The position numbers were made by a program, and so were the translations under genes. The notes below the pieces were generated by a model. That model was not told the DNA's origin and did no database searches. It saw nothing but the letters and a program-made list of their open reading frames with translations. From positions 2,496 through 66,495 of the forward strand of contig JABLXV010000004.1 in the NCBI GenBank assembly GCA_013177895.1: 64,000 nt of DNA. The letters run 5' to 3'. Positions within the stretch are counted from its first letter, which is position 1; the number at the start of each line of letters is the position of its first letter. The stretch is from Brevinematales bacterium (GTDB lineage Bacteria; Spirochaetota; Brevinematia; Brevinematales; GWF1-51-8). Below, in pieces: positions 56,266 to 64,000 of this stretch.

Positions 56266-58889
56266 GATTTTTCGATGTCTTTCTTGATCTCGGCGAGAAA
56301 ACTGATCGCTTCTACGGGCGTAATCCGGTTAATATCGATATTCTTTATTTTCAGGATTACGTTACCGTAGCGGTCTTCCGAAAATAATTCCATCTGCATG
56401 TCGCTCTTCGTTTTTTTTCCGCTCTTATCGCCGTGGCTCTCGATTACATTTTTCGCGATAGTCCCTTCTTTCTCCAATGTACGGAGGATATCCTTCGCGC
56501 GCGCGATAATCTCCTCCCGCATCCCGGCCAGTCCCGCGACATAGATACCATAGCTCTGATCAGCGGGACCCTTTATCACCCGCCTCAGGAATATCAGTTC
56601 CTCGTGGTACTCCTTGACGGCGATATTATAGTTCATAATCCCCTTCTTCCCTCCGAGCTGGGTAAGCTCGTGGTAATGGGTCGCGAAAAGGGTCTTTCCC
56701 GACATCTCGGGGCGCTCGTGCAGGAATTCGATGACCGCCCACGCGATCGACAGGCCGTCGTAGGTGGACGTGCCCCGTCCGAGTTCGTCCATAATAATCA
56801 GGCTGCGCGAGGTCATGTTATTGAGGATATTCGCGGCCTCCTCCATCTCGACCAGGAACGTGGAACGTCCCGCCGACAGTTGGTCGGATGCGCCGATACG
56901 GGTGAATATCTTGTCGACCATCCCGATATGCGCCGATTTCGCGGGGACGAAACTCCCCATCTGCGCCATAATCGCGATCAGCGCGTTCTGCCGGAGGTAA
57001 GTGGATTTCCCGGCCATATTCGGCCCTGTGATAATCAGAATCCTGTTTTCCCCGTCGTCCATCAGCAGATCGTTAGGGACGAACAGGTTCATTCCCATAT
57101 ACTTCTCTACCACCGGATGCCTGCCTTCCTCGATCACGAACGATCCGCCGTCATCGACGCGGGGTTTCACATAACGGCGGTCGGCGGCAAGCCCGGCAAG
57201 CCCGGAATACGCGTCGATCTCGCCGACACGCGCGGCTATTTCCTGTAACGCCGGGATTTCCGCGCCCAGTTTATCGACCACCTCGTTGAATAACGCTTCT
57301 TCGAGCTTGACCGTCCTATCTTCGGCAGTCGTGATCTGCATCTCGTATTCCGACAGTTCGGGTATCGTAAACCGTTCGGCGTTCACGAGGCTCTGCTTGC
57401 GGATATAATCCGCGGGAACGCTGTCAAGATTGGTTTTGCTGACCTCTATAAAATACCCGAAAACATTATTATATTTTACCTTTAACGATGATATCCCAGT
57501 CCGCTCGCGCTCCTTGTGCTGGAGACGGATAATCCAATCCTTTCCCTCGTGGAGAATTTTACGGATTTTATCCAGCTCGCCGGAATACCCCTCGCGGATC
57601 ACTCCCCCGCCGAACGAGTTCGCGGGTTCGTCCATGATAGCACTCCCGATCAGCGCGGTCATCATGGCGGTATCCGCGATTCCCGCGGTAATATCCTTCA
57701 GTCCCTCCGCGCGGGAAATCCGCTGTTTCAGTTCCTCCGCCGCGGAGAGCGATATCCTGAGCGCGATCAGGTCGCGCGGGAACGTTTTCTTCAGCGCGAC
57801 GCGGGTGGTCAGCCTGTCGATATCGGAGATACTTTTAAGTATATCGCGGGTATTGTTCCGCAGGATGGAATCGTCGAAAAATACCTCTACATAGTTCTGG
57901 CGCGCGTATATTTCCTTCAGGTCGAAAAGCGGCATGACTATCCACCGCCGCAGGAGACGAGCCCCCATCGGAGTAACCGTCTCGTCAAGGACGTCGAACA
58001 GCGTAAATTTCTTGCCGCCGTCCTGCATATTCCGCACAAGTTCGAGGTTCCGCAGGGTGAAGTCGTCCAGAACGACGGTCGAACCGCGCGAGAGATAACG
58101 GATGGAACGGATATTGCTGATTTGCGTAAATTGGGTCTCGCAGAGATAGTTAAATATCCCGGTGACCGAGCGGGAAACGGCTGAAATATTTTTTACATCG
58201 GATGGAATATCCACTTTATCGAACACGGATTGATCGTACTGGAAGTCATGGAAGTACCAATCGGGGCTGGACTGGAACAACGCCCCGCTGTTCGAAAGCA
58301 GCCCCATCAGGACGCCGTCCCCGGATAACCCCTCGTTATAGATGATTTCCGACGGCGCGAAGCGCGCGATTTCATCCTGTAAAATACGGTACTTCTCGCC
58401 GGGTTCGGCATGGATAGCATAAAACTCCCCGGTGGAAATATCCGCGAACGATATGCCTACATCCTCTTTCGCGCCGTATATCGCCATCAGGTAATTATTT
58501 ACCGTGCGGGGCATCAACTGATCGTCGATCACCGTACCGGGGGTGACTATCTGCACGATGTCCCGTTTGACAATCCCCTTCGCCTGCGCGGGGTCTTCGA
58601 GCTGTTCGCAGACCGCGATCTTTTTACCGGCTTGAAGGAGTTTCTGGATATATTGCTGGGCGGCATGATAGGGAAATCCGCACATGGGAGTTTTATTCCG
58701 CGCGGTGAGGGCGATATTCAGAATACGCGAGGCTTCATGGGCGTCCTCGCCGAACATCTCGTAAAAATCGCCTAATCGAAAAAATAGGATTTTATCGCGG
58801 TGACGGGACTTGATTTCACGGTACTGCCGTTCCATCGGCGTAAGGTCACGGTCGTTATCCTGGTTGGCGTTAATTCCCCTGCTCTCCAT
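56262..58889 (-). CDS. mutS: DNA mismatch repair protein MutS
   Basis: 875 aa. N-terminal TPMERQYREIKSRHRDKILFFRLGDFYEMF, Walker A GPNMAGKSTYLRQ, and DELGRGTSTYDGLSIAWA. Confidence 0.97.
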   Translation of the reverse strand: MESRGINANQDNDRDLTPMERQYREIKSRHRDKILFFRLGDFYEMFGEDAHEASRILNIALTARNKTPMCGFPYHAAQQYIQKLLQAGKKIAVCEQLEDPAQAKGIVKRDIVQIVTPGTVIDDQLMPRTVNNYLMAIYGAKEDVGISFADISTGEFYAIHAEPGEKYRILQDEIARFAPSEIIYNEGLSGDGVLMGLLSNSGALFQSSPDWYFHDFQYDQSVFDKVDIPSDVKNISAVSRSVTGIFNYLCETQFTQISNIRSIRYLSRGSTVVLDDFTLRNLELVRNMQDGGKKFTLFDVLDETVTPMGARLLRRWIVMPLFDLKEIYARQNYVEVFFDDSILRNNTRDILKSISDIDRLTTRVALKKTFPRDLIALRISLSAAEELKQRISRAEGLKDITAGIADTAMMTALIGSAIMDEPANSFGGGVIREGYSGELDKIRKILHEGKDWIIRLQHKERERTGISSLKVKYNNVFGYFIEVSKTNLDSVPADYIRKQSLVNAERFTIPELSEYEMQITTAEDRTVKLEEALFNEVVDKLGAEIPALQEIAARVGEIDAYSGLAGLAADRRYVKPRVDDGGSFVIEEGRHPVVEKYMGMNLFVPNDLLMDDGENRILIITGPNMAGKSTYLRQNALIAIMAQMGSFVPAKSAHIGMVDKIFTRIGASDQLSAGRSTFLVEMEEAANILNNMTSRSLIIMDELGRGTSTYDGLSIAWAVIEFLHERPEMSGKTLFATHYHELTQLGGKKGIMNYNIAVKEYHEELIFLRRVIKGPADQSYGIYVAGLAGMREEIIARAKDILRTLEKEGTIAKNVIESHGDKSGKKTKSDMQMELFSEDRYGNVILKIKNIDINRITPVEAISFLAEIKKDIEKS

Positions 58890-60069
58890 ATTCCGTTACT
58901 TTCACCATCTCGACTACTTTAGTATCTTTATAGCCGATGGAAATCAGGAGTTTTGCATACGATTTCGCGTCCTCGAGCTTGGTAATACCGCGAATCTCCG
59001 CATAATAGAGATCGTTGCGGTAATAAATCCCGATCGGGAGCCCCTTCTGGTTCTTCGCGATCTCTTTAGCGATAACATTGGCGACACTCAGGTCTTTGTA
59101 CTCCCCGACGCGTACTACATATTCGAGCACTTCGGACTTTACTACTTGTCCCTGAATACTTTCGGCCTTACCGACCGTCTTTTCAGCAGTCACCTCCATA
59201 TCGTAATGAAGGTCGGCCTGTTCGCCTTTGTACGCGAGTTCCGCGGGCGTCACGAAATAATAATCGACCCAATCCACCGGTTCGTCCTTAATGATATTAT
59301 TATTTTCGAGATAAGTCAAGTAATTCTTGGAGAGCTGCGCCTCGGCGGATAACGGCATATTCCGAATCAGGATAGAGAATACGTGGAGCGCCTTCCCGTA
59401 CTCCTTACGGTAGAAGAAACTTTTCGCGGCGTAGAAGAGCACGCGAACCCCGTTATCGAAAGACCACTTTTTCAGCTTGACCGCCTCCTGAAGGACATTC
59501 AGCGCGGTACCGTACTTTTTAAGGTCGATGCATGCTTTGGACTGTACGAGCAGCCCCTTATATGCCAATTCGTAATTCTTGGTAGCGTATAACAGTTTCT
59601 CGATCGCCTGGATCGCTTTCTCCTGCTCGCCCTGCGCGGAATAGATCACTCCGAGCATATAGTATGCCTTCTCCGTCTTGGACGATTCATAGACCTCTGA
59701 CGCGGTTGCGAAATCCCCTACCACATAAAGGATGTCTCCGAGCTTCTCCATCGCGTTCGCCCAGTACTTGAAGTCCGTATAATCGGTGCGGATATAGTTC
59801 AGGTAGTCGATTATTTTCAGGTAGTCGGTCTCGATGAAACTCAGCATATAGAGCGCATACGGGACATAACCGGATTCGGAATAAGTTTGAATCATTTTCA
59901 GGTAGGTAGATTTGGCGCTCGCAAAATCGTTGTTTCTATAGAATTCGTTAGCCTGATTATAGATAACATAAGCCTTTGCGTCATCTTTATATTTATTCTG
60001 TAATACCGTCTGCGCCTGCAAAGTTACTGCGGACAATAATATAAGGCCGAGAACCCATCTTGTACGCAT
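58870..60069 (-). CDS. TPR-repeat protein with a C-terminal SPOR (peptidoglycan-binding) domain
   Basis: Signal peptide MRTRWVLGLILLSAVTLQA. Several TPR-like helical pairs. The C-terminal YVVRVGEYKDLSVANVIAKEI...IYYRNDLYYAEIRGITKLEDAKSYAKLLISIGYKDTKVV matches the SPOR pattern. 20-nt overlap with the mutS start. Confidence 0.8.
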   Translation of the reverse strand: MRTRWVLGLILLSAVTLQAQTVLQNKYKDDAKAYVIYNQANEFYRNNDFASAKSTYLKMIQTYSESGYVPYALYMLSFIETDYLKIIDYLNYIRTDYTDFKYWANAMEKLGDILYVVGDFATASEVYESSKTEKAYYMLGVIYSAQGEQEKAIQAIEKLLYATKNYELAYKGLLVQSKACIDLKKYGTALNVLQEAVKLKKWSFDNGVRVLFYAAKSFFYRKEYGKALHVFSILIRNMPLSAEAQLSKNYLTYLENNNIIKDEPVDWVDYYFVTPAELAYKGEQADLHYDMEVTAEKTVGKAESIQGQVVKSEVLEYVVRVGEYKDLSVANVIAKEIAKNQKGLPIGIYYRNDLYYAEIRGITKLEDAKSYAKLLISIGYKDTKVVEMVKVTEYGEQGN

Positions 60070-60155
60070 CCCGTTCTCCCGCGTAAAATATTTCTTAACA
60101 TATTTATATCGGAAGAAAAAAGAATAAGTTGATATACTGAAAAGAAATGGTGGTA

Positions 60156-60839
60156 TTAAAGAACCTTGAGGATATCGTCGTCATCCCCGGTATGATGCTT
60201 GACTACCTTACCGTCGATAATGTAAATGATGTCCTCGGACATATTGGTCGCGAGGTCGCCGATACGTTCCAGGTTACGGATAATACTCATCAGGCGCATC
60301 GATTGTTCGATCGATTCCGGGGAGGCTTTCATAAGCTGCATAATCTCGTTCATCAGCACGTCGCGGAACTCGTCTACCTGATCGTCTTCGATCAGTATCT
60401 GCTTCGCAAGCTCTACGTCTTCCCGGACAAACGCGTCGATCGCCTCGGATACCATCCCGCGAACCAGTGTGCCCATCTTAGGTATTTCCCTGAGCGGCTT
60501 CATAAACGGTTTATCGATCAGAAATAACCCGCTCTTCGCGATATTGACGGCATGATCGCCGATACGCTCGAAATCGTTGCTCATCTTCGCGACCATCACG
60601 ATACTGCGAAGGTCTTTCGCCTCCGGGCGCAGTAACGCGAGATAACGGATACTCATCTCGTCCATCTCGATTTCAAAGTTATTCGCGAGCGGTTCTTTTT
60701 CTTTTATCACCCGCCTGAGGAGGTCCATATTTTTAGCAGTCAATCCCTCGATAGCATCATCTATCATCGATTCGACTAAAGTAGCATATTTAACCGCTTT
60801 TTCTTTTATTAATCCGAGTTTTTCGGTAACTATTTCCAT
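60156..60839 (-). CDS. phoU: Phosphate signalling complex protein PhoU
   Basis: 227 aa with two PhoU repeats carrying DFERIGDHAVNIA and NLERIGDLATNM. Confidence 0.93.
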   Translation of the reverse strand: MEIVTEKLGLIKEKAVKYATLVESMIDDAIEGLTAKNMDLLRRVIKEKEPLANNFEIEMDEMSIRYLALLRPEAKDLRSIVMVAKMSNDFERIGDHAVNIAKSGLFLIDKPFMKPLREIPKMGTLVRGMVSEAIDAFVREDVELAKQILIEDDQVDEFRDVLMNEIMQLMKASPESIEQSMRLMSIIRNLERIGDLATNMSEDIIYIIDGKVVKHHTGDDDDILKVL

Positions 60840-60889
60840 AATTCATCCCTGTATTTCTAACATATATAACGAAATATAAAGCACGCGGC

Positions 60890-61648
60890 CTATCCGAACT
60901 TTCCCGAAAGGTATTCTTCGGTACGTTTATCCTCCGGCACGGTAAACAGTTTTTCAGTCGTACCGAATTCGACCAACTCGCCGAGATACATGAACGCCGT
61001 AAAGTCGGCGACGCGCCCTGCCTGAGCGATATTGTGCGTGACCAGAATGGTGGTAACTTCCTTCTTCAGCTCGACTATCAGTTCCTCGATATGCATCGTC
61101 GCCTTCGGGTCGAGCGCCGACGTCGGCTCGTCGAGAAGCAGGACGTCGGGATTCATCGCGAGGGCGCGCGCGATACAAAGTCTCTGTTGCTGCCCGCCGG
61201 ATAAAAACGTACCCCGCCTATGGAGTAGATCCTTGACCTCGCCCCATAACGCAGAACTTTTTAAGGATTTCTCGACTATCTGATCTTTCTCTATTTTCGT
61301 CAGGTTGACGCTGTTCAGCTTATATCCCGCGATAACGTTATCGTAAATACTCATCGTCGGAAACGGGTTCGGGCGCTGGAAGACCATCCCGATTTTCCGG
61401 CGAAGCATGATCGGATTGATAGTGAGGATATTTTCCCCGTGGAGGAGTATTTCCCCTTCGACCCGCGCGCCCGGATTCATCTCGTGCATCCGGTTTAACG
61501 TGCGAATCAGCGTGGATTTCCCGCATCCCGACGGCCCCATGATCGCGGTGGCCTTTTTCTCGGAGAACGACATGTTAATGTTTTTAAGCACTAAATGGTC
61601 TCCGTAGTAAGCATTCAGATCAATGATCTCTAAAATTTTACTTTCCAT
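60890..61648 (-). CDS. pstB: Phosphate ABC transporter ATP-binding protein PstB
   Basis: I start at ATG 61648 ([16 protein letters not shown], with GGTGGTGGTGA RBS), giving 252 aa. ORF-track start 61720 lies inside pst[36 protein letters not shown]. Confidence 0.95.
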   Translation of the reverse strand: MESKILEIIDLNAYYGDHLVLKNINMSFSEKKATAIMGPSGCGKSTLIRTLNRMHEMNPGARVEGEILLHGENILTINPIMLRRKIGMVFQRPNPFPTMSIYDNVIAGYKLNSVNLTKIEKDQIVEKSLKSSALWGEVKDLLHRRGTFLSGGQQQRLCIARALAMNPDVLLLDEPTSALDPKATMHIEELIVELKKEVTTILVTHNIAQAGRVADFTAFMYLGELVEFGTTEKLFTVPEDKRTEEYLSGKFG

Positions 61649-62544
61649 TTGTTCACCACCACCTTTGTGAGAATGTTTAATAATAATACAATAATTACCA
61701 GCGCCGCCGACGCGCCCCATGCGTTCTCGATCAGGTTCGGACTCGCGCTGCGGGCGTTGTTATATATCAATGTCGGTAAGGTTTCCATCGGTTCCGTGAC
61801 ATTCACGTTGATATTGGGGTTCCCGAACGCGGTAAACAGTAACGGGGCGGTCTCTCCCGCGATACGGGTGATCCCGACCAGTATCCCGGTCACTATCCCG
61901 CTCAACCCCGCGGGAAGCACGATCCTGAGAAGAACCTTATAATATGGTGTACCGAGCGCCACCGCGGCCTCCTTGAGGGAGTCCGGTATCAGTATCATTG
62001 TCTCCTCGGTGCTTTTTATCACAATCGGCAGCATCATCAGCGCCAGCGATACGCTTCCCGCGATCGCCGAATAACCGCCTTTCATCGTGGTCACCCACCA
62101 GATATTTACGAATATCCCGAAGATAATAGAAGGTATACCCTGTATCATATCGACCGCTACGCGGACGGCGTTTGCTATTTTCGACTGCCGGTTCTCAGCG
62201 AGATACACCCCCGTCAGCACTCCGAACGGTACCGCAATCAATCCGCCCATCAGCACGATGAGGAATGTCCCGATTATTCCGTTGGCGATACCCCCGACAT
62301 TCATCCCGACCGCCTCAATCGCAGTCTTTGACTGTCCTGAAGGAGGAATGCCCACCCAAAATTCAGGGATAAACAGTTTCGGGAAACCCTTCGCGAAGAT
62401 GTAGGATAAAATGAATATCAACGGTACTATAGACAAAAGCGATAGTGTAATCACCAAAGCCTCGAAGACCCTGTCTTTCCAGATATTTTTTCGTACCGCG
62501 CTATTGACGGTCTGTTTTATTTTATCTTTTTTCTTGTCGGACAT
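61630..62544 (-). CDS. pstA: Phosphate ABC transporter permease PstA
   Basis: 304 aa, 6 TM. The EAA-loop [22 protein letters not shown] and the C-terminal pattern are typical of PstA. Confidence 0.92.
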   Translation of the reverse strand: MSDKKKDKIKQTVNSAVRKNIWKDRVFEALVITLSLLSIVPLIFILSYIFAKGFPKLFIPEFWVGIPPSGQSKTAIEAVGMNVGGIANGIIGTFLIVLMGGLIAVPFGVLTGVYLAENRQSKIANAVRVAVDMIQGIPSIIFGIFVNIWWVTTMKGGYSAIAGSVSLALMMLPIVIKSTEETMILIPDSLKEAAVALGTPYYKVLLRIVLPAGLSGIVTGILVGITRIAGETAPLLFTAFGNPNINVNVTEPMETLPTLIYNNARSASPNLIENAWGASAALVIIVLLLNILTKVVVNKWKVKF

Positions 62545-62547
62545 CCC

Positions 62548-63912
62548 CTACCTCACACTCAGTTTTTTTATCAGGTACCGCCCGAGAAGGCCGAAAACAA
62601 GCGTTATTACAAACAGGATCAAACCCAATTCCGTTAATGCCGCGATCTGCATAGTCCCCCCCTCGGCATACTTGCTCGCGATCAAGCTTGCGATAGTCTG
62701 CCCGGACGAGAAGATACTCAGCGGCACGTCGTTCTTATTACCGATCACAAGAGTGACCGCCATTGTCTCGCCGAGCGCGCGTCCGAACGCCAGAAGGATA
62801 CCCGCGAGAATACCCGAACTCGAATACGGGATGATGACGCGTCTGACTACCTCGTAACGCGTACCGCCCATAGCATAAGCGGCCTCTTTTAAGTCGGCCG
62901 GAACCAGGTTGATTACCTCACGCGCAAGCGAAGCGGAGTACGGGATAATCATAATCGCCAGTACGAGCGATGCGGTCAGAATATTCGACCCGCCGCCCTC
63001 GCTGAACGGGAACAACTGGTGCACTAAGGGCCCGATAAATGTAAACGCCCAGAACCCGTAGATGATCGACGGTATTCCGGCGAGAAGTTCGTTGGTCGTT
63101 TTCAGGATATCGGAAATAATCCCCGATGTGAAATATTCCCCCAGGAAGATCGCAATCGCCATGGAGAACGGCAGCGAGATAAGAAGCGCGAGAATCGACG
63201 TCATCAAGGTACCGACAATGAACGGCATCCCGCCGAACCATCGCTGGTCGTCCTCGGAGATATAGTTCGTGATACTCCCGTAACGCTCGCCTATGATATC
63301 GATGATCTGAACCGCGCTGTATGATACATCATTCGTCGTCAGTGTCTGCGGAATAAACACGCAGCGGTAATCGTCCGCTAACGGGAGATTGTTCGCGTCG
63401 AGAAGGTTCTTTTTTATCTCCAATATATTGGTGGTATTTTCAGCCAACGGGGCTTGAATGGCCGCAATCAACTTGTTGGATATACCCGAATAATCGAGGG
63501 AAGGAACTACCGGATGGACAGCCCCCGTACTATCGGTCAGAATAAATTTATCCGGGCTGATGGAGGATTCATTCAGGGGCAGGATAAACTTGATTTCCAC
63601 CGCCCATTTACCGCCTATGGGCTGCTTCGCCGATACATCGGATATCCGGTTCATACGTGCGAACCACTTTGTAATCGTGAAAAACTTCAGCCCGTATTCT
63701 TTAAATGAAGGCGCGGCCGTCAGTAAAAGGGTGAGAAAGATTCCGAAGAGGATCAGGAATACGGTGCCCGCCACAGCAAGAAGTATCCGGTTGAAGACTT
63801 TATCGCCCTTATAAACCGCAGGCACGATGTTCCGGTACCCTGGGGTATGATGCGTCTCGGGCTCAATCCTGTGCGCGTGGTGTTTGCCCTGATTTTTGTG
63901 TGATTTTGACAT
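62548..63912 (-). CDS. pstC: Phosphate ABC transporter permease PstC with a ~130-aa insertion in the first periplasmic loop and a His-rich N-terminus
   Basis: 454 aa against my expectation of ~300 aa for PstC. Core motifs FGGMPFIVGTL and LKEAAYAMGGTRYEVVRRVIIP. The extra segment lies between TM1 and the FGG motif. N-terminal HKNQGKHHAHRIEPETHH. Confidence 0.88.
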   Translation of the reverse strand: MSKSHKNQGKHHAHRIEPETHHTPGYRNIVPAVYKGDKVFNRILLAVAGTVFLILFGIFLTLLLTAAPSFKEYGLKFFTITKWFARMNRISDVSAKQPIGGKWAVEIKFILPLNESSISPDKFILTDSTGAVHPVVPSLDYSGISNKLIAAIQAPLAENTTNILEIKKNLLDANNLPLADDYRCVFIPQTLTTNDVSYSAVQIIDIIGERYGSITNYISEDDQRWFGGMPFIVGTLMTSILALLISLPFSMAIAIFLGEYFTSGIISDILKTTNELLAGIPSIIYGFWAFTFIGPLVHQLFPFSEGGGSNILTASLVLAIMIIPYSASLAREVINLVPADLKEAAYAMGGTRYEVVRRVIIPYSSSGILAGILLAFGRALGETMAVTLVIGNKNDVPLSIFSSGQTIASLIASKYAEGGTMQIAALTELGLILFVITLVFGLLGRYLIKKLSVR

Positions 63913-64000
63913 ACCGGTCCGCCGTATCGTTTTTATAGATTATCATATTTTCTTCATTCGATGAAATAGCAGCAGAGAAAAAGCGTATAATTATAATTGA

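Overview
A 64-kb, densely coding chromosomal segment from a diderm (outer-membrane-bearing) bacterium. Genes are roughly 50% GC and the intergenic spacers are AT-rich. I support about 60 CDS. I saw no rRNA or tRNA genes, no CRISPR array, and no transposase, integrase or phage genes. Housekeeping genes I recognise from motifs in the translations: sppA (partial, runs off the left edge), accA, a long-form PPi-dependent phosphofructokinase, a CDP-alcohol phosphatidyltransferase, archaeal-type cofactor-independent phosphoglycerate mutase (apgM), the N-degron operon clpS-clpA-aat, upp, ligA, mutS, a beta-class carbonic anhydrase, and pstC-pstA-pstB-phoU. The rest is mostly envelope and signalling content: a Cus/Czc-type RND metal efflux operon, a CHASE2 adenylate cyclase operon, a methyl-accepting chemotaxis protein with a polytopic membrane sensor, at least six unclassified predicted beta-barrel outer-membrane proteins, and several lipoproteins. 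Several operon starts carry near-consensus sigma70-type promoters, and three clean intrinsic terminators are visible. The lineage cannot be fixed from this window. PPi-PFK, apgM, an MCP, a SPOR/TPR protein and many orphan OMPs fit a Spirochaetota-like or other uncultured diderm lineage, but that is a guess. Nothing here is a clear-cut defence or mobile island. The best candidates for an undescribed system are all inferred from gene order and domain motifs: (1) a MacB/LolCDE-like ABC engine with two different FtsX permeases, a LolA-like carrier and a DUF1302-like barrel but no adaptor protein (46106-52322); (2) a CHASE2 cyclase, small periplasmic protein, FecR-like protein and OMP module (20235-24889); (3) a membrane protein, a zinc-ribbon double-AAA+ ATPase and a zinc-ribbon miniprotein, followed by acyl-ACP thioesterase, ELP3-like radical SAM and GME-fold genes (25042-30095); (4) an orphan AmmeMemoRadiSam radical SAM enzyme coupled to a DUF115/MptE-like protein (37436-40325). 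All family assignments come from reading the translations. No database search was run, so DUF-level names are from memory and need HMM confirmation.
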